DNA of 35,227 nt from Candidatus Geohabitans tengchongensis (GCA_031459625.1 JAVKIH010000018.1:1-35227); one strand, 5' to 3'; shown: positions 25,794 to 35,227, counted from the first letter of the stretch. The notes: generated from the sequence alone by a model not told the origin. Numbers and translations are program-made.

Positions 25794-27314
25794 ATGGCTG
25801 AGCTCATCCTCGAGAGCCTGACCGCCCTGGCCGACCCGGGCGTCATCCTGGTCATCCTGCTCGCGGCGCTCTACGGGCTGTTCATCGGCGCGATCCCGGG
25901 GCTGACCGTCACCATGGCCGTGGCCCTCTTCGTCCCCTTCGCCATCTTCCTGGACCCGATCCCGGCCCTGGCGGCGATCATCACCCTGCAGGCGCTGGGG
26001 ATCTTCGCCGGCGACATCCCGGCGGCGCTGGTGCGCATGCCGGGGACGCCGGCCTCCGCCGCCTACGTCAGCGACTCCTACGCCCTCAGCCAGCAGGGCC
26101 AGGCCCGCCTGGTCCTGGGCGTGGATGTGGTGGCCTCGGCGCTCGGGGGCCTGATGGGATCCGTCGCCCTCATCGCCGGGGCATCGGCGCTGGCGGAGTT
26201 CGCCCTCACCTTCAGCAGCTACGAGATCTTCTGGCTGGCCCTGCTGGGGTTGAGCACCACCGCCTTCATCGCCACCGCCTCCCCGCTGAAGGGCCTGGTC
26301 TCCGTCACCCTCGGCCTGCTCCTCTCCACGGTGGGCATCGACATCACCCTGGGATTCCCCCGGTTCACCTATGGCGTGCCCTTCCTGCTGGGCGGGATCA
26401 GCTTCATTCCCGCCATGATCGGCCTCTTCGGGGTGAGCGAGATCCTGCGCACGGTCCTCAAGGGGGAGATGCACCTGGCCTACGCCCGGCTGGAGCGGGG
26501 GCCGTCCTTCCTGCCGGCCCTGCGCACAGTCTGGCGCCACCGGATCAACGCCGTGCGGGGCGGGCTGGTCGGGCTGATCTCTGGGGTGCTGCCGGGTGCG
26601 GGCGCGGACATCGGCGCCTGGCTGGCCTACGGGGTGGCCAAGCGCTTCTCCAGGGAGCCGAGGAAATTCGGCCGGGGATCGATGGAAGCCATCGTCGAAG
26701 CGGGGGTGGCCAACAACTCCGACCTAGCCGCCGAGTGGATCCCCACCCTGGTCTTCGGCATCCCCGGCGACGCCTTCACCGCCGTCGTCCTGGGGATCCT
26801 CATGATGAAGGGGATGCGGCCCGGCCCGGCCATCCTGCACAACTACGCCGACGTCCTGGTGGCCGTCTACATCACCTTCATCCTGGCCAACCTGCTCATG
26901 GTCCCCCTGGGGTTCCTGGCCATTCGCGCCAGCAGCCTGCTGGTGCGCCTGCCGCGCAACGTGCTGGTCCCGGCCATCCTGATGATGTGCGTGGTGGGGG
27001 CCTACGCCATCAATAACAACCTCTCCGACGTGGGCCTGATGCTGGCCATGGGCGTCCTGGGCTTCATCCTGGAGGCGTTAGAGTTTCCCGTAGCGCCCAT
27101 CGTCCTGGGCTTGGTGCTCGGCCCGCTGCTGGAGCAGAACTTCATGATCAGCCTGATCAAGAGCGAGGGCCACCTCGCCCTCTTCTTCAGCCGACCCGTG
27201 AGCGCGGTCCTGGGCGTGCTCACCGTGGCGGTCTGGCTCCTGCCGCCGGCCACGCTGGCCTGGCGGCTGCTGCGGCGTCGCAGGTCCGCCCCACAGCCCG
27301 TTGCCGAGGGGTAA
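25794..27314 (+). CDS. tctA: TTT large permease
   Basis: GAIPGLT, PGTPAS, LPGAGA, PTLVFGIPGD, PIVLGLVLGPLLE. Confidence 0.92.
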   Translation: MAELILESLTALADPGVILVILLAALYGLFIGAIPGLTVTMAVALFVPFAIFLDPIPALAAIITLQALGIFAGDIPAALVRMPGTPASAAYVSDSYALSQQGQARLVLGVDVVASALGGLMGSVALIAGASALAEFALTFSSYEIFWLALLGLSTTAFIATASPLKGLVSVTLGLLLSTVGIDITLGFPRFTYGVPFLLGGISFIPAMIGLFGVSEILRTVLKGEMHLAYARLERGPSFLPALRTVWRHRINAVRGGLVGLISGVLPGAGADIGAWLAYGVAKRFSREPRKFGRGSMEAIVEAGVANNSDLAAEWIPTLVFGIPGDAFTAVVLGILMMKGMRPGPAILHNYADVLVAVYITFILANLLMVPLGFLAIRASSLLVRLPRNVLVPAILMMCVVGAYAINNNLSDVGLMLAMGVLGFILEALEFPVAPIVLGLVLGPLLEQNFMISLIKSEGHLALFFSRPVSAVLGVLTVAVWLLPPATLAWRLLRRRRSAPQPVAEG

Positions 27315-27403
27315 CCGCGGGCCGGCGCGCACGCTTTCTGCCGAGGCCGTCACGCGCTCGGCAGCTGCAGGCTCACCGGGCATAGGAGCATAGGAGGGCA
27401 GCG

Positions 27404-28327
27404 ATGTTCGACCGGACGAAGCTGCGCGGCGTCGTCGTCCCTGCGGTCACCCCCTTCGAGGAGGACGGGTGCACCGTGAGCGAAGCGGGCGTGCGCCAGC
27501 TGGTCGACTTCCTCGTGGAGCAGGGCGTCCACGGGATCTTCGTGGCCGGCACCACCGGGGAGGCGGCCGCCCTGGACGACCTGCAGTGGCGTCGCCTGGT
27601 GCAGGCCGCCAGCAACGCCCTGCGTGGTCGGGTTCCGCTTCTCGCGGGTGTCATCGCCCCCACCACGGCCCTGGCCGCGGCGCGGGCCCGCCAGGCATCC
27701 GACCTGGGTGCAGACGTGGTGGTGGCCACTACGCCCTACTACTACCTGCCCACGCGGACCGAGCTGGTGGCCCACTTCCGGGCAATTGTCCAAGCCACGC
27801 CGCTGCCGGTCCTGCTCTACAACATCCCCCAGAACACCAAGGTGCCCATCACCCTGGCGGCCTGCCGGGAGCTGGCCGACCTGGAGCAGGTCGTGGGCCT
27901 GAAGGACTCCGCGGGCAACGTCACCGAGTTCCGCCAGGCCGTCCTGGCGCTGCGTGCCGGGGGGCGCGACTTCCGCATGTTTCTGGGCACCGACCACCTG
28001 ACGGATGTGGCGGTGCTGGTGGGGGCGCAGGGCACGGTGCCCTCCCTGGGCAATGTGGCCGGGCGGGAACTGGTGGCGGCCTTCGAGGCGGCAGAAGCCG
28101 GCGACTGGGCGCGCAGCGCCCACCACCAGGAGCGGGTGGCCGCCCTGGCCCGCATCTACGACGTGCGGGGGGAGGTTCACCAGACGGGCATCATCGTCGG
28201 GCTGAAGTGCGCGCTGACCCTGCTGGGGGTCGCCGCGGGCCCGCCGGCACCGCCCGCGCTGCCGCCAAGCAGCGAAGAGGTCCGGCGGGTGGAAGCGATC
28301 CTGCGGGAGGGCGGACTGCTCCGTTGA
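27404..28327 (+). CDS. DHDPS/NAL-family aldolase or dehydratase, not DapA
   Basis: VTPF, GTTGE, LYNIP, GLKDS (Schiff-base Lys). YNIPQNT lacks the Arg of the DapA YNVPxRT motif. Confidence 0.85.
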   Translation: MFDRTKLRGVVVPAVTPFEEDGCTVSEAGVRQLVDFLVEQGVHGIFVAGTTGEAAALDDLQWRRLVQAASNALRGRVPLLAGVIAPTTALAAARARQASDLGADVVVATTPYYYLPTRTELVAHFRAIVQATPLPVLLYNIPQNTKVPITLAACRELADLEQVVGLKDSAGNVTEFRQAVLALRAGGRDFRMFLGTDHLTDVAVLVGAQGTVPSLGNVAGRELVAAFEAAEAGDWARSAHHQERVAALARIYDVRGEVHQTGIIVGLKCALTLLGVAAGPPAPPALPPSSEEVRRVEAILREGGLLR

Positions 28328-28357
28328 CGCCGCATCGCGATCGCCTCCTCTCAGTGA

Positions 28358-28642
28358 CTACGGTGAACCCCTCCCGGCATCACCGCGGGAAACGTCGACC
28401 GCCTCAACGACCCGCAGGAACGGGATCTGCGCCGCCCGGCAGACGGCTTCCACGGCCGCAGCGTCGGGGGCCTCGAACAGGTACATCACGCGCCAGTCGC
28501 CCGGCACCCAGATCGCCCGCAGGTAGCGGACGGCCGTTCCCCCCGCACCCGGCGCGCATGCCCGGCGGGCGCGCTCCTCGGTCCCCCTCAGTTGCTCCGG
28601 CGTCATCCCGGGGAAATCGCAGTCGGCCATGTATACCGGCAT
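28358..28642 (-). CDS. DUF4242/SCO4226-like small protein
   Basis: VRYLRAIWVPGDWRVMYLFEAPDAAAVEAVCRAAQIPFLRVVEA pattern. Confidence 0.7.
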   Translation of the reverse strand: MPVYMADCDFPGMTPEQLRGTEERARRACAPGAGGTAVRYLRAIWVPGDWRVMYLFEAPDAAAVEAVCRAAQIPFLRVVEAVDVSRGDAGRGSP

Positions 28643-28684
28643 CGTCCCGATCGAGATGTCACCCAACGGCCGCCAGGACGGCAG

Positions 28685-29358
28685 TCACGATTTCAGCTCG
28701 GCCCGCAGCTCCTCCAGGATCCGGGGATCGATGGTCCGAACCATGTCGGCCACGCTGACCTTCAGCAATCCCACGTCGGCCAGCAGCTGTCCGTAGAAGC
28801 GGAGGCTGCGTTCCGGGCTCAGGTTGCGCCAGTTCGCCGGCACCATGCTCGCGGCGTAAACGACGTTCTGGAAGTTGGCGGGGCCGCCGAAGAGGCCGCG
28901 GTCGGTTGCGCGTTTCACGGCGTCGGCACGGCTCGCCGTCTGCGCGTCCGCCGACCGGAGGATGGCCCGCACAGCGCGCTTTGTCGCCATGGGGTTGGTG
29001 CGGTACCACTCCTGCTTGGCGACAAGCAGGCAGCAGGGCAGCGTGGACCACGGCCGGTCCATGGAAAAGCCACGTCGATGTCAACACGCCCGCTGGCCAG
29101 TTGCCCGCCAGCGAGGAGCTCCGTCCGGGTGAAGCCTTCCTGCTGGAGGAATGGTTCAACCGCCATGACCGGGTGATCGCAGGGAAGCATGCCGAGCCGG
29201 ATCGTGGTGGTCTCGGGCGGGGGCTGCGCCGCGCCCTGCGCGACCTGGCCGGTTTGAGCGGGCGTCATGATGTACTCGGTAAGCCAGGGGACGGCGGCCA
29301 GTCCCGCGGCAATGCCGGCGCCGCGGCGAAGCACCTCACGTCGAGTCAGCATGGGCAT
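28685..29358 (-). pseudogene. Tat-exported NitT/TauT-type ABC substrate-binding protein with internal deletion and frameshift
   Basis: N part MPMLTRREVL...PPETTTIRL...LQQEGFT and C part MDRPWSTLPCC...NPMATKRAVRAIL...SLRFY lie in different frames, junction near 29062. Total too short for the family. Confidence 0.7.
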
Positions 29359-29517
29359 CCCCCTTTCTCCCGCCCACGCCCGAGCCCGTCCGCCGCAGCC
29401 ACCAACCAGGTGGACCGACCTCGGGCCATGGTGCCGGAACCCGCCCCGAGAGCGTAGCAACGGGCGGGCCAGGAGGCGTCACCAGAAGTCAGTAGGACGA
29501 TAGTGATTCTGGCGGGG

Positions 29518-32080
29518 TCAGGAGGAAGGTTTCAGGCTCCGCTCCACAGCCCAGGCGGCGACCTGCGCGCGCGAGGCGAAGTCCAGTTTGCCCAGAATGT
29601 GCTGCACGTGGGTGGCGGCCGTGTTCTCGCTGATGAACAGCCGGCGGGCGATCTCCCGGTTGGGAAGCCCCAGGGCGATCAACGCGGCGACCTCCCTCTC
29701 CCGCGGCGTCAGAGGATCCACCGGGCGCGGCATCCGGCTCGGCGGGGGCAAAGGCATCTCCACGCCCAGGGCCTCGGCCACCGCCACGCTCAGGGAGAGC
29801 CCCGTCCCCGCAGCGACCGCACGGTGGAAGGCTTCGGAGCCCAACTGGTCCTCGGCGCCGGAACGCGCGCGTGCCAGGCGCTCGGGCCGCGGCACGGAGG
29901 GGAACCAGCCCGGCCACCGGGTGATACCGATCCGGTCCAGCAGCGCGTCGGCGGCACCGAACAGTCTGGCCGCCCGTTCCACCTGCCCGTGGTCCGCGGC
30001 CAGCAGGGCCAGTCCTTCCAGGCAGCGGGCCAGCCCCAGCCGGTCCCCGACCTGCTGGAACAGCTCCAAAGATTCCCGGTTGTAGACCATCGCCCGGTCG
30101 TCAGCACCTGCGTCCTGCCAGACGACGGCGAGTTCCCCAAGGGAGGATGCGATCATCCCGGGATCGCCGAGCTCCCGCCGCATCCGCAGGGCTTCCTCAT
30201 GAAACTGCCGTGCTCCGTCATGATCGCCGCGCACCAGCGCCACGCGCCCCAGGTGCACAAGGGCCTGGGCCATACCGTCCCGCTCTCCGAGCGCCTCAAA
30301 CGCGCGCCAGGTGGCTCCACCCAGGGCCGCGGCCTGGACCAGGTCGCCCTCCGCCAGTGCGGTGGCGGCCACGCCGTACGTGGACCAGGCTGCGCCGCGG
30401 TCGTCGCCGAGTTCCCGGGAGAGCGCGAGGCTGCGTTCAAACGGCTCCCGCGCGCTGCGGAAGTCATGCCCCTCGATGGCCACAAGGCCCACCAGCCGCA
30501 GCGCTGTGGCAATCCCCTGCGAGTCCGACAGGGACTCAAAGAGCGCCAGGCTCTGCGCAGCCAGTTCCCGGGCCCGCCCCATCTCCTGCCGGTCCCGGGC
30601 GATCAGGGCAAGCGTACGCAGGCAGTGCGCCGCGGTCTGATGGTCCTCCAATTGCCCGGCGAGAGCAACAGCCTCCCTGGCCAGGGAGGCTGCCGCGGTG
30701 TAGTCGCGCACACGCCAGGCGAGCACGGCCGCGCCGTGCAGGACCCTCAGGCGGAGGGAAGGAGGTGCCGCCTTGACCAGGGGGAGCGCCACCGCGGTCC
30801 AATGATGGCCCTCCATCCAGTATCCGCGGACGTTCCAGAAGCGCCACAGTGCGGCGACGAACCGCAGCAGCGGCGCGGAGTCTCCCCCCTCCGCGCGCAC
30901 TCTGTCCAGAGCGGCGCGGAGGTTGGGGTAGTCGCGATCCAACCGGTGTATGACGCAGGCCTGCTCCCGGCCGGTCAGCGCAGGTTCGGCGCCCTCGACC
31001 AGGGCCAGGTAGAACTCGGTGTGGCGGCGCTGTGCCTGCTCCACGTCGCCGCTGGCGACCAGTTGCTCCAGGGCGAACTCCCGGATGGTTTCCAGCATCC
31101 TGAAGCGCGGAGTCGCCCCGGGTTCCGTCTCCCGCCGCAGCAGGCTCTTATCCACCAGGGCGGCGAGCCCTGAGAGCACATCCTCCTCGAAGTCCGCGCA
31201 CACGGCTTCCGCCGGCATCAAGGGCGAAGTCACCGATGAAGACCGCCAGACGGCGAAAGAGCGCCTGCTGGGATGGTGTCAGACGTGAGTAGCTCCAGCC
31301 CACCGCCGCCCGCAGCGTCCGGTGGCGGGCCGGCAGGTCGCGCGCCGCCCGCTGCAACAGCGTCAGCCGGTGGTCCAGGCGCTCGCGGATCGCTTCCGGG
31401 GAAACCGCCTTGACCTGCCCCGCCGCCAGCTCCAGCGCCAGCGGGAGACCGTCCAGGCGGACACAGATCTCGGCGACGGCGCGCGCGTTTTCGGGGGTCA
31501 CGGCAAAGGCGTAGTCGACGGCCCGGCCGCGGGCGATGAACAGGGCGACCGCGGGAACCGCAGACAGTGCCGCGGGGTCCGGCAGGTTACGCAGGTCGGG
31601 AACCTGCAGGGGCGGGACGGCGATCTGATGCTCCCACATGAGGCGGAGGGGTTCGCGGCTCGTCACCAGAACCTTCAGCTGCGGCGCCGCCGCCAGCAGG
31701 GCGGCCACCTCGGGAGCCGCCTCCACGACGTGCTCGAAATTGTCCAGCAGCAAGAGGAGGTGCCGCTCGCGCAGGGCCCGGATCAGGGCCTCCACCGCGG
31801 ACAGCTTGGCGCGCGGGCGAATTCCCAGCCTCTGCGCGACGGACCAACTGACCCGCGCCGGATCCGTGACCTGAGCGAGATCCACGAAGACCGCGCCGTG
31901 GGCAAACGCTGCGGCCGCGGAGCGGGCTGCCTCCACGGCCAGGCGGGTCTTCCCGATCCCCGGGGCCCCGGTGAGCGTGAGTAACCGGATGTCGGCCCGC
32001 TGCAACGCCGCCGCGATGGTGGCGAGTTCCGCCTCTCGCCCGACAAGCGGAGTGGCGGTGGCCGGTAAATCCACTGGCAC
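29518..32080 (-). pseudogene. STAND ATPase-TPR-LuxR regulator with one +1 frameshift near 31212
   Basis: LVGREAE, GAPGIGKTRLA, LLLDNFEH, TSRE, LDGLPLALELAA in one frame. AEAVC..LVDKSLL, FRMLETIRE, TPR-like repeats and LTPREREVA..GLPNREIA in the next. GATGCCGGCGGAA has one extra base. Confidence 0.85.
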
Positions 32081-32276
32081 GACGGCCCTCTCCCTGGCCT
32101 GCCCCGCTGGGCTGCCGCCCCGGTTGCAGTGTCCGTTCTCGCTGGCGATCCCTTGCTCCTGCGCGGTCGAGGCGCCCGCGCCCAGACCAAGGGCAACGAC
32201 GAGCAAACCAGCAGCTCCCCCCCACACACAGCGCACATTGGGACGATTACTGGTAGTGGAGCGTCTCTCTTCGACC

Positions 32277-32824
32277 ATGGAACCCGTTCCTCTGCCTGCG
32301 GCGGGCCGGTCGGGTCCGCCGCCGCGGCTCCTCGACCGCGTGCGGGACGCCCTCCGCGCGCATCACTACAGCCGACGCACCGAGGAAGCGTACATCGCCT
32401 GGATCCGCCGGTACGTCCTGTTCACGGCAAGCGTCACCCGACCGAGAGGGGCGCCGCGGAGATCGCGCAGTTCCTCACATCGCTGGCCGTGCAGCGCAAC
32501 GTGGCGGCCTCGACCCAGAACCAGGCCCTCAGCAAACTCCCCGGGGCCCTGATGCGGAAGTACCTCAGCGCGGGCCGGGAGTGGGGCTGGCAGTGGCTCT
32601 TCCCGGCCACCCGGATCTACGTCGACCGGGCGACCAGGCAGGCGACCTGCCACACCCTCCGCCCCTCGTTTGCCGCCCACTTGCTGGGGGACGGACATGA
32701 CATCCGTACGGTTCAGGAACTGCTCGGCCACCGCGACGTGAGCCCGACCATGATCTACACCCACGTGCTGAACCGCGGCCCCGGGGCGGTTCGCAGTCCG
32801 GCCGATCGGTTGGCCGGGCTGTAG
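32277..32824 (+). pseudogene. intI: Integron integrase remnant
   Basis: [29 protein letters not shown], frameshift near 32423, HGKRHP...[12 protein letters not shown], deletion, [24 protein letters not shown] (IntI-specific insertion), deletion, [15 protein letters not shown]...[24 protein letters not shown]. Confidence 0.93.
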
Positions 32825-33051
32825 GGGAGGTGGCCAGGCCCCGGCGAGTCACCGGCCGCCAGAGGGCCTTCGGGATTGTAGAAGCAACGTCAGCATGTGA
32901 TGATGGGCGCCAAGGACAGCCGGCATGCCAGCGGTGGCCACAGGTCGGGGCAGGACAGGTTAGGCAGGTCTGCCTATCACGGAGCCGGGTAGCTGGTCGC
33001 GGGCGGGACTCGTTAGGGAAGCGGGTGGGATCAAGGAGAGAAAGGCGACAG

Positions 33052-33115
33052 GTGCTAGACTGCGAGACTCGCTGCGTTGGAAGTGCTAGACAGGTCTACC
33101 CAATTCTTGTTGGGC
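33052..33115 (+). mobile_element. Candidate attI site and cassette promoter
   Basis: Core GTTGGGC (33109-33115) is the exact complement of the first attC inverse core GCCCAAC. It is preceded by inverted ACCCAAT and direct repeats GTGCTAGAC (33052, 33083). TGcTAGACT extended -10. Confidence 0.55.
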
Positions 33116-33199
33116 CCCAGAAGGCGACCCGGGGTGTTGATTTGATCCCTCGTCGTTCGACTGGCGGGTGCGCACCCACGGGCGTTAAAGGAGAGAGAC

Positions 33200-33610
33200 A
33201 TGAAGATCACCGTTGAGATCTTCGTAAAGGCCGACCTGAGCAGGGTCTGGGATGCCTGGAACAACCCGGAGGACATCAAGCAGTGGAATGCCGCCCAGGA
33301 CGACTGGTATACGACCCGGAGCTCCGTCGATTTGCGCGAAGGCGGACGGTTCCTGTCGCGCATGGAAGCCAAGGACGGCAGTAAGGGATTCGACTTCGAG
33401 GGCACATATACCCGTGTCGTGCTCCATAGGATCATCGAATACCGGATGAGTGACGGGCGCGAAGGCACGGTCGCGTTCGTCGGGCAACCCGGGGGCGTTT
33501 TCGTGCAGCAGACGTTCGATGCGGAGACCGAGAACTCGCCTGAGCTCCAGCGAACGGGTTGGCAGGCCATCCTGAACAACTTCAGGCGGTACGTGGAGGC
33601 GAAGAAGTGA
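33200..33610 (+). CDS. SRPBCC/AHSA1 domain protein (cassette 1)
   Basis: VWDAWNNPEDIKQW, DLREGGRF..RMEAKDGSKGFDFEGTY, QRTGWQAILNNF. Confidence 0.9.
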   Translation: MKITVEIFVKADLSRVWDAWNNPEDIKQWNAAQDDWYTTRSSVDLREGGRFLSRMEAKDGSKGFDFEGTYTRVVLHRIIEYRMSDGREGTVAFVGQPGGVFVQQTFDAETENSPELQRTGWQAILNNFRRYVEAKK

Positions 33611-34029
33611 AGCCGCGTATCACGGTTCTCACAATCGGGGTCGCAGACTTGGAGCGGTCGGTCCGGTTCTATCGGGATGGCCTGGGGCTCCCTACCGAAG
33701 GCATCATCGGCAAAGAGTTCGAGTATGGTGCGGTCGCCTTCTTCAGACTCGAAGGTGGACTGACACTGGCGGTGTGGCCGCGCCAAAGCCTCTCACGTGA
33801 TACGGGGCTTCCTGTGGATGCGGTGAGTTCGACCGAGTTCAGCCTCGGTCACAACGTAAGGTCCAAGGCCGAGGTTGACGCAGTTATGAAGGAGGCTCAG
33901 GCGGCGGGAGCGACGATCGTGAAGAAGGCTCAAGACACTTTCTGGGGCGGGTACTCCGGGTACTTCAAAGACCCGGATGGTCATCTCTGGGAGGTCGCTT
34001 GGAATCCACAACTATTACCCGAAGACTGA
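33607..34029 (+). CDS. VOC/glyoxalase family protein (cassette 1)
   Basis: ITVLTIGVADLERSVRFYRDGLG...FWGGYSGYFKDPDGHLWEVAWNP. GTGA overlap with the upstream stop. Confidence 0.92.
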   Translation: MKPRITVLTIGVADLERSVRFYRDGLGLPTEGIIGKEFEYGAVAFFRLEGGLTLAVWPRQSLSRDTGLPVDAVSSTEFSLGHNVRSKAEVDAVMKEAQAAGATIVKKAQDTFWGGYSGYFKDPDGHLWEVAWNPQLLPED

Positions 34030-34030
34030 G

Positions 34031-34090
34031 GCCCAACAGGCGCTTGCAGCCGACGCGGCTACGCCGCGCGGCTGAAGCGCGGCGTTAGGG
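34031..34090 (+). mobile_element. attC site (60 bp)
   Basis: GCCCAAC...GCTTGCAGCCG...CGGCTGAAGC...GTTAGGG, an imperfect inverted repeat with extrahelical base, directly after a stop codon. Confidence 0.92.
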
Positions 34091-34112
34091 AGACGAACTT
34101 CATGTGAGCCGG

Positions 34113-34667
34113 ATGAGCCCGGGGCCCGTGACTATCCGTCTACTTTTGGGTGAACGCTCGGAGATGGCAGAGCTCCAGCGCGTCATCGAAGAGGCGCCCA
34201 CGTACGCTCAGCTCGTGACAGGTGTCCCGCCGGGACCCGCGGACGCTCAGAGCACGTTCACCATTCTGCCTGAAGGCAAGACCTACGAGGACAAGTTCGT
34301 CTTCGGCATCTACCGCGGGAGCGAAATGGTCGGTTGTGCAGACTTGATCCGCGGCTATCCTGACGCGGCGACGGCTTACCTCGGGCTCCTGCTCGTCTCG
34401 GAGAAGCATCAGGACCAGGGAATCGGCCGTCTAGCCTTCCATCTGCTCGAGGAATCCGTCCGAGGCTGGAGGACCTGTGACCGAATTCGCACAGCCGTGG
34501 TATGGACCAACGATCGCGTCATCCCCTTCTTGAAGGGGCTCGGGTTCGAGCCTACCGGGGAGATCAAACCCTACCGCTACGGGTCGGTTGCATCCGAGAG
34601 CATTCTCTTCGAGAAGTCCTTGGATCTCCGGCTGCCTAACACGGGGCTGGAGCGAGCCGGCGGATGA
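34113..34667 (+). CDS. GNAT family N-acetyltransferase (cassette 2)
   Basis: MVGCADLIRGYPDAATAYLGLLLVSEKHQDQGIG, FLKGLGF. The ORF reads into the attC. Confidence 0.85.
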   Translation: MSPGPVTIRLLLGERSEMAELQRVIEEAPTYAQLVTGVPPGPADAQSTFTILPEGKTYEDKFVFGIYRGSEMVGCADLIRGYPDAATAYLGLLLVSEKHQDQGIGRLAFHLLEESVRGWRTCDRIRTAVVWTNDRVIPFLKGLGFEPTGEIKPYRYGSVASESILFEKSLDLRLPNTGLERAGG

Positions 34668-34728
34668 ACGAGCCGTTGTCCGAGCGCGTACCGGTGCCAT
34701 CCGACCGCTCAGCCGCAGGTCGTTGGTT
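34634..34728 (+). mobile_element. attC site (about 95 bp)
   Basis: GCCTAAC-acggg-GCTGGAGC...GCTCAGC-cgcaggtc-GTT. Inverse core matches the cassette's 5' core GTTAGGG at 6/7. Confidence 0.8.
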
Positions 34729-34729
34729 G

Positions 34730-34890
34730 GGCAGCGGCATCGCGTTCGAAGTCGAAGACGTCGATGCCGACTACCGGCGGCTTGCTGCCGCCGGGTATCC
34801 CGTCAAGGGGTCAACGCAGTTCCCCTGGGGGGCCTCAGCCTCCCTCGGAGATCCCGACGGGCGCATGGTTGAGCTGGATGGGCCAGACCT
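34730..34890 (+). pseudogene. 5'-truncated VOC/glyoxalase fragment (cassette remnant)
   Basis: IAFEVEDVDADYRRL...FPWGA...DPDGRMVEL with no start or N-terminal half. Runs into the glnA 3' end. Confidence 0.65.
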
Positions 34891-34901
34891 AGCCGCGTGG
34901 C

Positions 34902-35227
34902 CTACGCGTCGTAGTACAGGTAGAACTCCGCCGGGTGCGGCCGCAGGCGCACGTAGTCGACGTCCCGCCGCCGCTTCGTGGCGATCCAGGTCTCGATGAC
35001 GTCCGGGGTGAAGACCCCGCCCTCCAGCAGGAAGGCGTGGTCCTCCTCCAGCGCCCGCAGCGCCTGGTCGAGCGACCCGGGCACCTGCGGGATAGCCGGA
35101 CCCTCGCCGTCCAGCTCGTAGAGGTCCACGTCCATCGGCTCCCCGGGGTGGATGCGGTTCCGGATGCCGTCCAGCCCGGCCATGAGCATCGCGGCGAACG
35201 CCAGGTAGGGGTTGGCCGTGGGGTCGG
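34902..35227 (-). CDS. glnA: Glutamine synthetase type I, C-terminal part
   Basis: [58 protein letters not shown]. Confidence 0.95.
   Translation of the reverse strand, partial: DPTANPYLAFAAMLMAGLDGIRNRIHPGEPMDVDLYELDGEGPAIPQVPGSLDQALRALEEDHAFLLEGGVFTPDVIETWIATKRRRDVDYVRLRPHPAEFYLYYDA

Noticed and set aside
27404..28327. dapA assignment
   Set aside because: Missing the DapA Arg motif and located in a sugar catabolic operon.
31205..31220. Programmed frameshift in the STAND-LuxR gene
   Set aside because: No slippery heptamer or homopolymer at the junction. Mutation or sequencing error is simpler.
28358..32270. Genes left of intI as integron cassettes
   Set aside because: No attC-like RYYYAAC...GTTRRRY inverted repeats were found between them.

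Overview
High-GC bacterial chromosome segment, about 70% GC by eye. The large Alu-type SRP RNA and LonC-like protease suggest a Terrabacteria-type, possibly thermophilic lineage (inference). Positions 1-16.8 kb hold housekeeping and accessory genes: partial hemA coupled to an excisionase-HTH regulator, isoaspartyl peptidase, a STAS protein, tRNA-Ser(GGA), lepB, large SRP RNA, panE, a LonC-like protease, EamA, a wHTH-HEPN-like protein, ferritin, an MFS transporter and tRNA-Lys(UUU). Positions 17-28.3 kb are a LacI-controlled sugar or sugar-acid catabolic locus (TRAP and TTT transporters, fucose/arabinose-type isomerase, ribulokinase, DHDPS-family aldolase) with two matching operators. Positions 28.3-34.9 kb are a decaying accessory region: a broken Tat-exported binding protein, a frameshifted STAND-LuxR regulator, and a deleted integron integrase followed in the same orientation by an attI-like site and attC cassettes. 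The window ends in the 3' part of glnA. The best novelty candidate is at 11.7-16.6 kb. A class I SAM methyltransferase is interrupted by one in-frame UGA (motif SL-U-C) followed by a bacterial SECIS-like hairpin, making it a probable unannotated selenoprotein, coupled to an MFS transporter. It is divergent from a Rieske[2Fe-2S]-helical-class III nucleotide cyclase fusion whose promoter carries a perfect CRP-type box. All calls come from motif reading by eye; no searches were run.
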